A DNA stretch of 63,453 nucleotides, filler included, from Choristocarpus tenellus KU-1152 (lineage: Eukaryota > Protista > Phaeophyceae), in the NCBI GenBank assembly GCA_964200185.2. It is 12 parts of 12 records of this genome, joined end to end, with 100 filler letters (N's around TTAATTAATTAA, not from the genome) between each part and the next. Parts side by side here need not be neighbours in the genome. Positions count along the whole stretch, not along the records: positions 23,327 to 27,868 come from CAXNAD020014079.1; positions 27,969 to 31,809 come from CAXNAD020017623.1; positions 31,910 to 37,575 come from CAXNAD020010084.1; positions 37,676 to 40,461 come from CAXNAD020024767.1; 8 more parts are not named here. One strand, written 5' to 3'. A program made the translations under genes and the position numbers. A model generated the notes under the pieces. That model did not search any database. It was not told the DNA's origin and worked only from the letters and a program-made list of their open reading frames with translations. Below, piece after piece: positions 25,950 to 37,812 of the stretch. The number at the start of each line of letters is the position of its first letter. Position 1 is the stretch's first letter.

Positions 25950-27677
25950 GATCCTTACTTGTCCTTTGAAATGATCAACTCAACCTCAAATGTAATTTTT
26001 CCAGCTTTTGCTGGACCGACAATGCAATTTTTTGGTGAAACAATAGCGCCCTACCTGTGGGCACAATGTGGAGGGTGATCGGCAACTCGGTGCGCCAAGG
26101 GAGAGGAATAGGGAACCACCTAGGGAAACTTGAGGATTGAGCGATGCACATAAGTTGAATGAGGGAATTTGTGATATAAAATATCTATTTGATTTAAATA
26201 TACATGTGGTGGGTAATCAAAGGAGAGTTATCAAGGAACGACAATAACTAACTAACATATTCACATTATTTTCATTGTTCATGTCACAACACAAACCTTA
26301 TCAAGGTCGATCACAGGGATAAAACCAAAGTCCATGTAAGTCTGTCAAAACCATATGTCATGGCAACCGAGCAACGATTTCGTTGTAGAGCGTTCTGACG
26401 GATGGAGCGTCCACGAGAACAGGCAGACACCTTCAATACCAACGAGAATGTACATGTTTTGGGGGTGGAATAAATGGGGTCCAACGTGTAGGGATCGTTT
26501 ACTCTTTGACGTTCACACACGTCGGGAGAACCAAGAAGGGACTTGGTTGGCCTATGGTAATCGTCTTACCCAACGAGAACGGAGCTTCAAGGGCGAAAAA
26601 CGAATGGTGTAGCGCTCAAATTACAGCACTGACGACTTAGACTGTAGGGAGATAACTGGTAGTGCTACCAGACAGGGGGAGGAGAAGATAACTCCTAGCA
26701 AATGATGCCAGGGAACTGATCTAACTATGGAAAATCCTGTCAGACTTGCGATTGGTGTAGGGACTTCGGTCAGGAGGGAAAGTCAGCACCAGATTTTGAG
26801 CATGGGTGCGTATGTCAATCCAAGTTAGGTATGTTGTGATGATGGTTTGCAGCTCATTCAAGAGATATCTTGGTTTGATCCAGCACTCGGTTATCAGATC
26901 ATGTTGACATTAGAATTCTGTGACACATCCTAATCTGTTCGAAAGGCCTAGAGTCATACTCAAGGATCTTATTCACATTCCTCCAACGATTTATGAATGG
27001 TACATCATGATGGCAAAGATTTCGTTTGAAGTATGGTTTACTAATGCTGTAGCAAGCACACCCATGCCAAATGTACGCTGCACTTTCACTGAACCCCTCA
27101 CAAAGCACCCTAAACCTCTTTTTGTGATCAGCATGAAGAATCCTTGTCCGAATATTTACATTACACCATATGTGATTCGCGCAGTGACTCTTCCTATCCA
27201 GGCTTATTGTAAGGGCCATTTGTTTTCATCTCATAGAGTGCCCCTCCTAATTATTGGGACACCATGCCATGTCAGCAGAAGAAGAGACTATGATTTGGTC
27301 ACCTACTATCCGCGAAGCCAGCGTCACACCCAATGCTTCAACTACTTGGAGGCTTCATTCATCTCATTGACATTGTACCTAATAATTCCTGCCCCTCCCC
27401 CTCCCTCTCTGTTTTCCTTTTTTCTCTTCACTTGGCATGCCTTGTTGGTCTAGTTTTTCCCCTCTAATTTTGTTGTACTGCTGCTGCTGGTGCTGCTTAA
27501 CCATTGACAACATTTTGAACAGTATATGAGAAAGTGTCCTAGACAATCAAGATCCCACTGAAACATTTACATTTTTCTTTTCCATGTCTTCCTGATATAT
27601 CCAAAACTAGGCCTCCCATGTTTGATTTGACCAATCAAGGAATTGGTTTGATACTACATATGCAAGTACAGTCAGTA

Positions 27678-27868
27678 CCTACCCCGATTTTATGCCAAAT
27701 ATTATAACCAAATAGAAAAAATATGCATTTTTGTACCGCTTTTTTCGACATGCTAAAAAAAATATACTTTTGTACCGGAATTCTCGCATTCGGGCGATTT
27801 CGCACAAACTCCCAGAGATATTCACGCGAGTTTGGCGCGCGTGTAAAAATTTCTCGCGAAAAGTGCCT
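27678..27868 (+). mobile_element. Terminus of dispersed repeat family C (probable DNA transposon end)
   Basis: Colinear with 63205-63384; both end in TTCTCGCGAAAAGTGCCT. Confidence 0.75.
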
Positions 27869-27968
27869 NNNNNNNNNNNNNNNNNNNNNNNNNNNNNNNN
27901 NNNNNNNNNNNNTTAATTAATTAANNNNNNNNNNNNNNNNNNNNNNNNNNNNNNNNNNNNNNNNNNNN
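27869..27968. other. Artificial contig linker
   Basis: 44N-TTAATTAATTAA-44N. Confidence 0.99.
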
Positions 27969-28989
27969 TGGGAATCTCCTAAAACTTCTCCTAAGATTTG
28001 ATGGCTGAGAGAGCTTTGGGTTTGCTGGGTAGCACCCCACCATGACACAACCGGTGATTCTGAACACCCCCCACAACTGATTGGAACCTGTCTCACACAA
28101 ATATTTCTTAATACTATTAGGGTGTTTGTACAAGATGAAATTCAATGTATCACCCCCTTTTCTGCTCGTAGTGTTTTTCATTGTAGCAAATGTGATGAAC
28201 TATCCAATTTGAAGCATTATGGCCTCGGTAAGACCCTCGGTGCAACACTAAATGTTTGATGATCTCATAGAGGAATTATCCAATCGAAGCGACCAATACG
28301 CATTTTTCCCAGCCAACCAAAATGCTACAAAACCTGCATTGTACAACAAGGAGAAGACTCACACTGCTTTGGGTACCATGACACATACGCATGCTATGTT
28401 TGCTAGCATGTCACACCCTTTCGCTGCCTCAGCCGAAACTCCGATTGTTGGGCAGGAACTAGGACTACCTCACCAGAACAGGACGTCCATAAACGATGAA
28501 GTATCAAGCCAAACTTCACTGCACCATAATGAATTTCATGTTGTGCAAACATTTTATTGGAAGTAAAAATTACAGAGTTTCACCTCCTCTCGTCTCTTTT
28601 CGCCACAGGAGATTATGTTCTTTCATGGAGGAACAACCTTCTATCAAGGGTCACGCGAGTAGAAGAGGTAGGTCAAGTGTGATGAAAAGCACATAATATC
28701 TGTATCATTTTAAAGTACAAACATATGTTCATGTTGTCACTTAGCTGGAGCCTACTGTCAATTCCGTGTCAGGTGAAACGAGCAAGGCTAGCAACTTAAG
28801 CTAACAAGGAGAAAACAACACACCATGAACCACTCTGCACTAAGCCCAGGTAGATAGAGGGCTCCAGGCTGAAGACGTGATAGGAACACCATACAGGGTG
28901 GTGTGTTTGTCTCAACCATCGATATGCTTTCCTCCTACCTACACCTTAAGCACTTGGCACCAAAATCACCCCACAAGAGCGCAGCACCA

Positions 28990-30000
28990 CAGTGTCATCA
29001 ACTACATACCCAGAGAGTGGTTGTGCGTGGTTGTGACTGTGTTGATAGCACAGGAGAACAGGCGTTCAGATGCAGCAGCTTTAGTGGCTTCTGTAGGCAA
29101 ATACTTCCGTGCCAAACTTAAACAACACTCCAAAACGTCCTCCTTCGCTTACCACCATATATATGTAAGGGGTCTACCAAGCTCCCCCACCACATCTGCA
29201 CCCACTACTCACCTCCAGCTGGTATTGCAGTTTATCTCCCATATGTGATCTCCAACTGTGCCGTCTTGTGGGCACTTCACCCACCTCCATCTCTAAAGGA
29301 AAACATCCCATCACCTTGTTACTGTGTGTGATGTCTTGGTCGATTTCTTGAGCACAGCTTAGTCATGCTGAAATGCTGGTTGCTTTCATCACCATCGTCC
29401 AAAGTCTCTTCCCCCTCGAGGTTGCATTTCTCCACAAGGCATTAGCTCTTAGCTTGACAAGCCTGCCAGCTTCTGTGGGAGAAATTCCGAATTTGTGACC
29501 TTCCATTGGTGCTGGGTCAAATTCCATAGTTAATACCTCAACTTCGTTGAATTCCTTGTTGTCCCCCGCGTTGCCTTCATCAATATCATTCTCTTGGTCC
29601 TTGTCATCTTTGATAGTCAAGTACATTGTCCGGTGCGCTCACCAGACCCTCATCTGGAATGATGATGACGATTAGCAGAACTATAATGCAGATGTATGAA
29701 CCTACAAAAGAAGTGGATATATTTTGTGACGACATTTTCTCCAACCCTCTCAAGCACGCATTGTCTGTATGAACACCACATACTTAAATACTTCAAAGCA
29801 CCCTTTGTCACAAGGTACACGTTTAAACTGGTGTGTGACTGACCTACTTTTATGTCCTACCCCCCGTGGATTTTCACCCTCAGTTACAACCTCACGAAAG
29901 AACCTCAAAGCTACCTGTTCATTCCATCCACACTTTCTCATTTTAGTCCCTCCGCAACAGAAAAGTGTAAATATTTGGAAGAAAAAAGGCGAATAATCAG
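28990..30000 (-). mobile_element. Degenerate hAT transposase relic
   Basis: About 29160-29010 on the minus strand reads IWW*AKEDVLECCLSLARKYLPTEATKAAASERLFSCAINTVT, the hAT C-terminal dimerisation motif (WW...LARKYL...ATS..SERLFS). The upstream extent is approximate and broken by stops and frameshifts. Confidence 0.75.
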
Positions 30001-30834
30001 CCCACAATTTGGACTATTTTCTTTAGAATATCGTATCATATCAACATCGACTTTTTTCGATGCCGTATCAAACAACAGATGACTCCAAAATAAGTTTGGG
30101 ACTCACCACTATTAGAAGGAATAGACGGGGAGGGGAGTACAAGAGGTGGACGACAACAGACGACAAGGGGAGGGACTGCTCGAACAGGCCCAGCGGCAGT
30201 TGTTACTTCTTCTGTCTTCTTGTGGCCGTTTGGACGCACACATTAGGCAGTTTAATATTACTGTTCGCACCATGTGAACCATGGCAAAACAAAGAACACG
30301 GAAAAGAAGCGAACGAAATGTGGTTTAAAAGTTGAATATCAAAGTATAAATATGTGTACATGGCAATATGATGAACAAAGATTTAATTAATTTAATTTAT
30401 TGCCACGAGATCGTTACACCATAGAGGGAATGTTGAATGGCTTGGCCAAGGTAGAGAAAGTTCTATGTAAGATCATGATGGGGCTGGACAGGGAAAAGGG
30501 CCATTGGGACCTAACAAAGGCGATAGAATTTCTGAGAATCAGGTTAGGTGACATGTTTTCCAATACTGCTCTTGCTGTGCAGTTCCACTCCTTTCCAGTT
30601 TTGACACCATATTCTGCCAAACTCAATGGGGTCAAATGTTCCTCTACACACGTTACTCGTTGACACTGGTTCGTGTCCTTACTCTATTTCTTCTTGGGGT
30701 TATTCGTAGCTGGGTTTTTTAGAGGTATTCCAGGCTCAGGACACAGTCTTGTGCACAACCAAGGTATCCAACAGGGCACCCGAGATTGTCTTCATAAGCC
30801 ACAACAGGGTTTTGAGGTGTTCACGGATGGAACA

Positions 30835-31099
30835 GAGTGAAAGTATCTTAGAAGGTACGAACTTTGCCCTGTTTGTCCATTTGGGGGCTTGGCTTCCCAT
30901 GTTTTTTTTATGACATTTTCCTACTCCAAAATATGTTTAGGAGTAGTAGGTAAAATTTATATATTATGAAAAGGTGTGTCCGAAACATAGATATTGACAC
31001 TTCCTAACAAACACAATAGCCAAAATTACATCAAAATCGCAATATTGGATTTTGACCCCCCAAATGGACGCGGCTCTACCCTCTGAGATACTTTGGCTC
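30835..31099 (+). mobile_element. MITE family A, full-length copy
   Basis: TIRs GAGTGAAAGTATCTTAGAAGGTA / TACCCTCTGAGATACTTTGGCTC; internal CCTACTCC...GGAGTAG hairpin. Confidence 0.92.
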
Positions 31100-31809
31100 A
31101 AAGATGAGCAGCGGAAATCATAAAGCGTTTTGTAAAACTTCTTTCCTCAGCTTGGGAAAGGTCCTTGTTCTATTCTCCTCTCCAAAGTCTTCAAAATGCA
31201 ACAAAAAGGATGCAGACACAAGCTGCACCACACGAGCACTAGCCTTGCTTTTGTTGGGCTGCTAGGAAGCAACACAAAACCCCTGTAGTAGGAAAAAAAC
31301 TGCATCATATATTCCACATCAGGGAACTAGATAAATATCCTAAAATAGAAAATTTGTAAAAGATAAGTCTGGTTATCAAAATTGGAGTGTGAGTTCAAAA
31401 GACTCCGTGTCAGCCTTGATGGAGCAAATAACTTCTTGATTCCTCCACTTGAAATACATGTTTAACACTAGCAACTCCAGTGGATTTATGCCCTAGGACA
31501 GGAGCTATTTTTATGTCATAAACAAGGATTATGAAAGAAGCAGGTTCTTAATTACTTTGTCGACTTTTGGTGCCCCGAATCAATAGAGCCGTATGTTGAC
31601 TCATCCTCATGAAGTATCTGAAATACTTCCTTGGGAGGTACCAAGTGCGAGTATGTGGGATAGGTCGTATAGACCAAGTGTGTAGTAGTGAGTGTGGGTT
31701 GAAGTAATTATACAAGTATAATGACAGATCTTGAAACTCCCTGCCACACTTCTATGACAGAGTACACAAAAGACCTCAATCACTGAAAAGGGTCAAAGTA
31801 TCTGGGGGG

Positions 31810-31909
31810 NNNNNNNNNNNNNNNNNNNNNNNNNNNNNNNNNNNNNNNNNNNNTTAATTAATTAANNNNNNNNNNNNNNNNNNNNNNNNNNNNNNNNNNN
31901 NNNNNNNNN
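31810..31909. other. Artificial contig linker
   Basis: 44N-TTAATTAATTAA-44N; preceded by the family B TIR GGGTCAAAGTATCTGGGGGG. Confidence 0.99.
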
Positions 31910-31947
31910 AAGAAAGAGGAAGGCAGAAAAAAAAAGAAAAAGAGAGA

Positions 31948-31984
<37 letters not shown>

Positions 31985-32316
31985 TCGACAACCACCCTCG
32001 CCTTCACTTCACACAAACTCCCCAAATGGTTACATACACTATTGACCATAGAGCCAGCCCTAAGTGAGAGGTGCACTCCTTCCTCTCAGTATCCATAAAC
32101 CAACCCAGCTCAATTGCAGAAGTGGACTAAGCATCCAAACAACTGTCACCTGCACTCAATGAGAATCTACAGATCTTCCAGTCAGCCTCGATCAAAAACT
32201 GAAACCAGCTGCGATAAGCTGGGGACACAGAAGACCTCTCCTGCCCTTGCTCCTACCCACCAGCAACAACAGTAGGAGCAGAATCTCTGGGAAATACCGT
32301 TGTGGCCTCTGTCACC

Positions 32317-35143
32317 TCACTCAGCCACATAAGTATTGTCGTGATGGCCAATAGTCCCCTCAACACCTTCAACGCTGACATCGACAGAATCAACCACGTT
32401 GTACCTAATAAACAGATTCTCTGGCTTTGTCATGGCCTTGAACTCAAGGTTGTTTCCGGAGGGGTCCTTGAAGAACATTGTCCACTGCTCCCCCGGCCGA
32501 CCCTGATTGATAGGAGGGGTAAACGTATTGATTATACATATACACGTATACATGTATTGATAGCGGCGAGGTATCTCTTAGGACAAGCGGATACACTGGT
32601 TCACTGCGTGCATGGGAAGGCGTATATTTTGGTGTAAGTAAATGCGAGGGTCTGTCTGTAGAACTGCTTTCGTTCCAAACAAAAAGCCAAAGAAGAATGC
32701 AACTCCTTGCTATATGTACTCAAAGCGCCTATTTATACCCCTGACATATGCGATGAAACTCTTGCACTTCCATCCTTTGTGAGATTGGTTCTCATCTCTA
32801 ATCAGCTTTGAAAAAGCAAACGCCTCATCTCTCCTTCACCCCAAATTCCGCAAAATAGACAACAGACTTCAAACAGGTGTTGGCAACCCCCCCCCCCCCC
32901 CCCTCCCCTATTCCGCTGCCTTCTGTGGTCCCAACTTATCTTTGCAACTCACTTCAAATCGTAGGTGAGGCTTGATAATGAATTGGACACCGTTGTCTTG
33001 AAGGCGTTTAGCAAAGAGGTGGAAACTGTCAACGCTCATTGCCAATCCAAAGTGGGGTACAGGCACCTCATCCCCATCTGTTGGGTATTTGGGTTTTGGT
33101 GAAGATTAGCACTGGACTTGAGGTTTTTTAGATCTTTGAAAGGGGGAAAAGTGAGAGATCTGATAGAAGGATTGGGCGCATTCATAACAGATGATGAGGA
33201 AAGGTAAACACGAGGTTGAAACTATAGTAGACAGCAAAAAATGGAACGGGTGGGTAAGGGTTTAGAGATATAATTTGTCCCCACTGAGCACATCATCACA
33301 AACCGTACTGATTCCCTACACTACTGCATGCATCAGTCATGAAGCTCTATTGCTTCTGAGGTGAACGCATGATGTTCTTAAACAAATATTGCAACATCAA
33401 AGCGAAGAGTGCACCTCACCAGTTCACAGACTTGAGTATCTCAGAGGATCCAACCTGTCACCATACTCACATATCAAAACCAACACAGCAATACTATGCG
33501 TGCGGAGAGGTCAACTCAATGAAGAGGACAACACTACCATAGCTGCCAAGAGCTGTTTGTGGAAGATAGGCACCCCATTCATGCCACTTGATGTTTAAAA
33601 AAAGGCGCTTGTTGTCCGATCACGCCTGCCAACAACCATCAATCAAAACGAAGTACCCGAAAAGGTAACGGCCCGCAATTGCTTTTTCTCATTTAAATGT
33701 GTCACCTACGGGATTGTAGAAGTCGGGACATCGGTAGTCATCCCCCACAAGGTGACACACGATCTGGTTGCCATCAAGGGAGTAGTCCTGCCAACGGGAA
33801 GATGACCGCCCTTCGGATAGCCCCAACACCTTGTTTTTATGCATTGCAGAGTTGTGCAGTGTTTGCAAGCACATACAGAAAGGAGTATTCACATCAGTAT
33901 CATTCGAAACAGAAGTGTGATAACAGTGAGAGAGTATGGAACTGATTTTCTTACTGAACAGGCACCTCCCGTACAAAAGTGATAGTGATCCTTACACCAA
34001 CGCAATGGTGTGCATGTTACGCTGAGCCGACGCAGTAGGTTTCTTTTGCAATGTGAATAACTGAATCTCCAAATTTTGGGCACTGTCCGCAGGGTTTTAG
34101 AAATAACGAGAGAAGCAGGGTAGCAGGTAAGGAAGTACCCATGGATTATGGGGGAGTGGGAGGGTAAGCATCGACTTGTTTGCTGGTTTATTACTTCGTA
34201 CTTGTCAGCGGCCTGTTCACTGGCTATCGCTGTTGTCATTCAGACATTATTGCGATCTTCATTTATGCCTAGAAGAAATGATGTAGGGAGTTGTACCTTC
34301 GAATGGAATTCTCTTTCGGAAGTCGAGACAACATATGGGGTGAGGCGAGAGAGGAGTACTATTACCAAGAGGATATTGTGATGGGTTTGAAAACGTTTGC
34401 TGACTTATACGCACTTGAGGCGATTGTCATACCAAATATTCTGTACTAGGGATGCCGGCAGATGTGCGAAAATATCCAGGTAGCCTAGAACACGTACACC
34501 CTCGACGAGGCCACAGGAAATCTTCAACGGTGTGACTACAATCGTTGACGAAAAAACGTCGGGAAACTTGCAAAAAATAATTGGTTTCATTTTACATACT
34601 CTAAGCCTTGGGTTCTAACCAACAGCACAAATATGAGCCTGGAACAAAAAATGGAGTACGAAACATGGTGTATTGCAGTCCCTCGATAAAAAGTTGTCAG
34701 CAGGTAGTCAATGTTTGAGATGTTGGCGTCAAAAGTTCCGAGTTCTCTGTATCGACTGTGCTTTTACACACCTCCCCGTAGAAGTGCTTGGCCAAGGAGA
34801 GATCGTGTACAGGGAAAGCGTGGTGGAATGGAGATAGACTGTCGGGAAAACACGGATGAGAACGGTCGTTATCATTGGATTGTGACTGTTTTCATCCCGA
34901 TATGGAAAGCGAGCGACAAACTAATACTACATACGCTATACCAACAAGACGGTATTGGAAAAATATGGTAGGTGCTCTGAGGAACAAGGCCCGTCTCCTC
35001 GACACAGCAAAACATGCGTGGTGGTTTGGTACTTTATGCAACATTGCTTGCAGAAACTTCTCACACACTCACCTCTCAGATTGCCAAGCCAACAACAGCA
35101 GCATGGAGGCAAGGATGAACGCAGATCGCAGGAGGTTGTTCAT
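32317..35143 (-). CDS. Complete 5-exon VOC/glyoxalase-bleomycin resistance-extradiol dioxygenase family protein (bacterial COG3565-like) with N-terminal signal peptide, 190 aa
   Basis: Exons 35143-35073, 34838-34772, 33829-33706, 33077-32953, 32502-32317 (573 nt, all GT-AG, phases match). Protein: [56 protein letters not shown]...QIVCHL...[14 protein letters not shown]...[28 protein letters not shown]. His/His/Glu metal-ligand positions are present. Confidence 0.93.
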
Positions 35144-35228
35144 CTTTTCGTAGTGGGAATCGCTACTGGAGATACAGCAAACAAGGTTTCTCTTGTTGTT
35201 GACTTGTCCTACTTGATTGAAATAATCA

Positions 35229-35870
35229 AATAAGGAGGTGTAGTACTTACTCTTCATTACTACTACTACTACTACTCTACCCGGTTCTTGTTAGAAGAAT
35301 GAGTGTTTGCATAATATACATACCAATCGAATCGCTGCCGATAATGTCCCGATACCATTTTACAAATACAGATCTGATATTTCTCATGGTTTTATTCTCC
35401 AACTTGCCTCTAAATCAAGCTCAATTCACATTTGACTCGATTATTATTGTATCACTCACTATCAGCGATGACCTTCCTACTATTCTACTCAGTTATCAGT
35501 CCATTGACCCTGATTAGAAACAATTATGGTTGACCCACACGGAGTGGTTGCGTCATCTTGAAGGGGGATAATAAATTCTGGCATCAACAGTACAAAACCA
35601 GCCAATCAATGGAGTGGAGTGGAGGGGTTGAAGGTGGAAGCGTGATTTAGAGGCAAGTTGGAGTTTATAACCATGAAAAATATCAGGTCTATACTACTTG
35701 TAAAAAATTAACCTTTGAATAGTGGTTTCGATTATCGCGACATTATCGGCAGCGATTATATTAGTATATATTTCAACACTCATTCTTCTGACAAGAAACG
35801 GGTACAGCAGTGGTAGTACTTGGTAATTAATGAAGAGTAGTCAGTAGTAAGTACAAAAACCACTGTTATT
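35229..35870. repeat. Long imperfect inverted repeat (foldback element), ~190-230 bp arms with ~215 bp spacer
   Basis: Left-arm blocks AGAAGAATGAGTGTT, ATCGCTGCCGATAATGTC and CTCCAACTTGCCTCTAAATCA have exact reverse complements, in mirrored order, in 35639-35870. Confidence 0.88.
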
Positions 35871-37575
35871 ATGTTGTCGTTTTTAACCAGATGTGGATGC
35901 TGAGTTCTACCTAGGTTAAGGAAAGGTATGCACCATTTTCAATGTCATGTACTCAACATCATTCAGAATCGTAGTAACGGCATTTGAATGTGAAATACAC
36001 TATTGATACCAACCATGACGATGTGTACACTCAGTCAAATGTAATACCCTCCCACAGAAGGACGAATCAGAGTGTGGGAGTGTGTGTTCACCATCAGGGT
36101 TCCTCATGAAGAATAGGCCCTGTTGGAGGTATCAATTTCGATAATCTGTCAAGTACAACCTTAGAGGGGGTAAAAACGCAGAGGCCTTCCATTTGGTGGT
36201 AGTTAATACAATATGATTGGTGAGCACCCCTTGGTACAATGTATTGACACCAATGTCTAAAATACGACTTCATCTATCCAGTACTTAGGAAATTATTTTC
36301 TAGTGAGTGTACTGCTCATCGTTACCATTGCAAATAACACCTTGAAAAACGTATCTTTGAGATTTCTTACTGAGCGTGACAATCTGTCACACTTGCTAAA
36401 ATAGTAGTTCTTGGAAGTGATGCACAAAATTTGTTTCTGAGACTGGTGTTACACCCACTCACTAATTTCGTGTCCCGAATGGTGCTGCTTTATTGGGTGT
36501 AACAGGGTATTATTTTTTGGAAGTCAGGTTGAGCTCTCTATAAAGTGGAAATTGGAGATGATGCACCCACTTCAGTATGGGCAAACTACCACTCTTTCTT
36601 CTTCATATCAAAAGGGCGGAAATTGGGGATTGTAGTGTGTGGGACGGAAGACAAACGAACCACTACTGCTGCACACATTTATACATTTTTATTATTACTA
36701 TACCTCACATGAAAAGATGATAAAATCACCCATTTCACTCTTAGTACTAATTGTGGAATTGCTCTTACCACAATACTTTGAAGCGATGTTGATCAAGAAT
36801 AAATTGTTACACCTCATACCAAAGACGAGAAAACCACCCCGCATTATTGCTACCCCAGGGTTTTCAGTACACTTTTCACCAATGTTACAAAGTGGTTTTC
36901 AGTTTATTAGTCACCCATGCGGTATGACCAAGGAAAACATGTTGATAGCACATCTTCAATTTCTAGTTCAATTAGACGGTAGGCAAATGTGTTGCATTAT
37001 ACAACTCCACTGTCCTCCAGATTTTTCCTCGATGGAATCCAGAATTTTCTGGATTAATTGGTGTTCCACTTGGCTATACTTCTCTACTTAGAATCTTGCT
37101 GTTCACAACCAAGAGGGGTCACATAGTGGCTGCATGGTCCACATAAAAACTCGCACAATATTTCAAATGGTGTTGATGAATCGTCTCAGCTACTTTGTTC
37201 CTTAAATCACACGTACCCCTTCTAGGTTACTATGTTACACATGGATCCAAGTAGGGGATACACGTCAAAAGCAAACAAAAGAGGAATCGTGAACTGTAAC
37301 AAGTCTCTCTTTGAGTATCACCTCAGGGTATCTCTGCACTAATTCCACTTCTGCTCTTATCAGGTACTCAGGGCATACTTCACCACAAAAACAGTTTCAG
37401 CAACAGTAACTTCTACCAGGCAGCCCCTAAATTTAAAACTACTAACACTCACTAGTAGTGCTGCTGTTCAAATGGGTCAAAGTATCTCGGGGGGGGGGGG
37501 GGGGGGGGGGGGGGGCGGGTTTTTCTTTTTTTTGGGGGGGTGGGGGGGAGGGGGGGGGTGGGTAATGTCAACAAA

Positions 37576-37675
37576 NNNNNNNNNNNNNNNNNNNNNNNNN
37601 NNNNNNNNNNNNNNNNNNNTTAATTAATTAANNNNNNNNNNNNNNNNNNNNNNNNNNNNNNNNNNNNNNNNNNNN
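37576..37675. other. Artificial contig linker
   Basis: 44N-TTAATTAATTAA-44N; family B ends lie on both sides (~37474 and 37676-37744). Confidence 0.99.
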
Positions 37676-37812
37676 CAAAAATCGCGACATACAAAAATTG
37701 ACCCCAAATGGACAGCCGCCACCCCATCCCAGATACTTTGAGCCAGCCCTAGAATGAGGTGTCAGCTCTTGTAATTTCACTGTGCGAATATGCATTTTCA
37801 TCCCTGTATCTG

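Noticed and set aside
26899-27453. 177-aa and 106-aa overlapping ORFs
   Set aside because: No recognisable motif or splice context; possibly a very old transposon relic, but unsupported.
27969-28570. Second hAT-like fragment (KKYLCET..)
   Set aside because: Only a few residues of resemblance, and it requires frameshifts.
31956-31984. Long poly-G/poly-C runs here and near 16010, 23327 and 37488 as functional G-quadruplexes
   Set aside because: They sit at contig ends and in MITE B termini, where short-read homopolymer length is unreliable.
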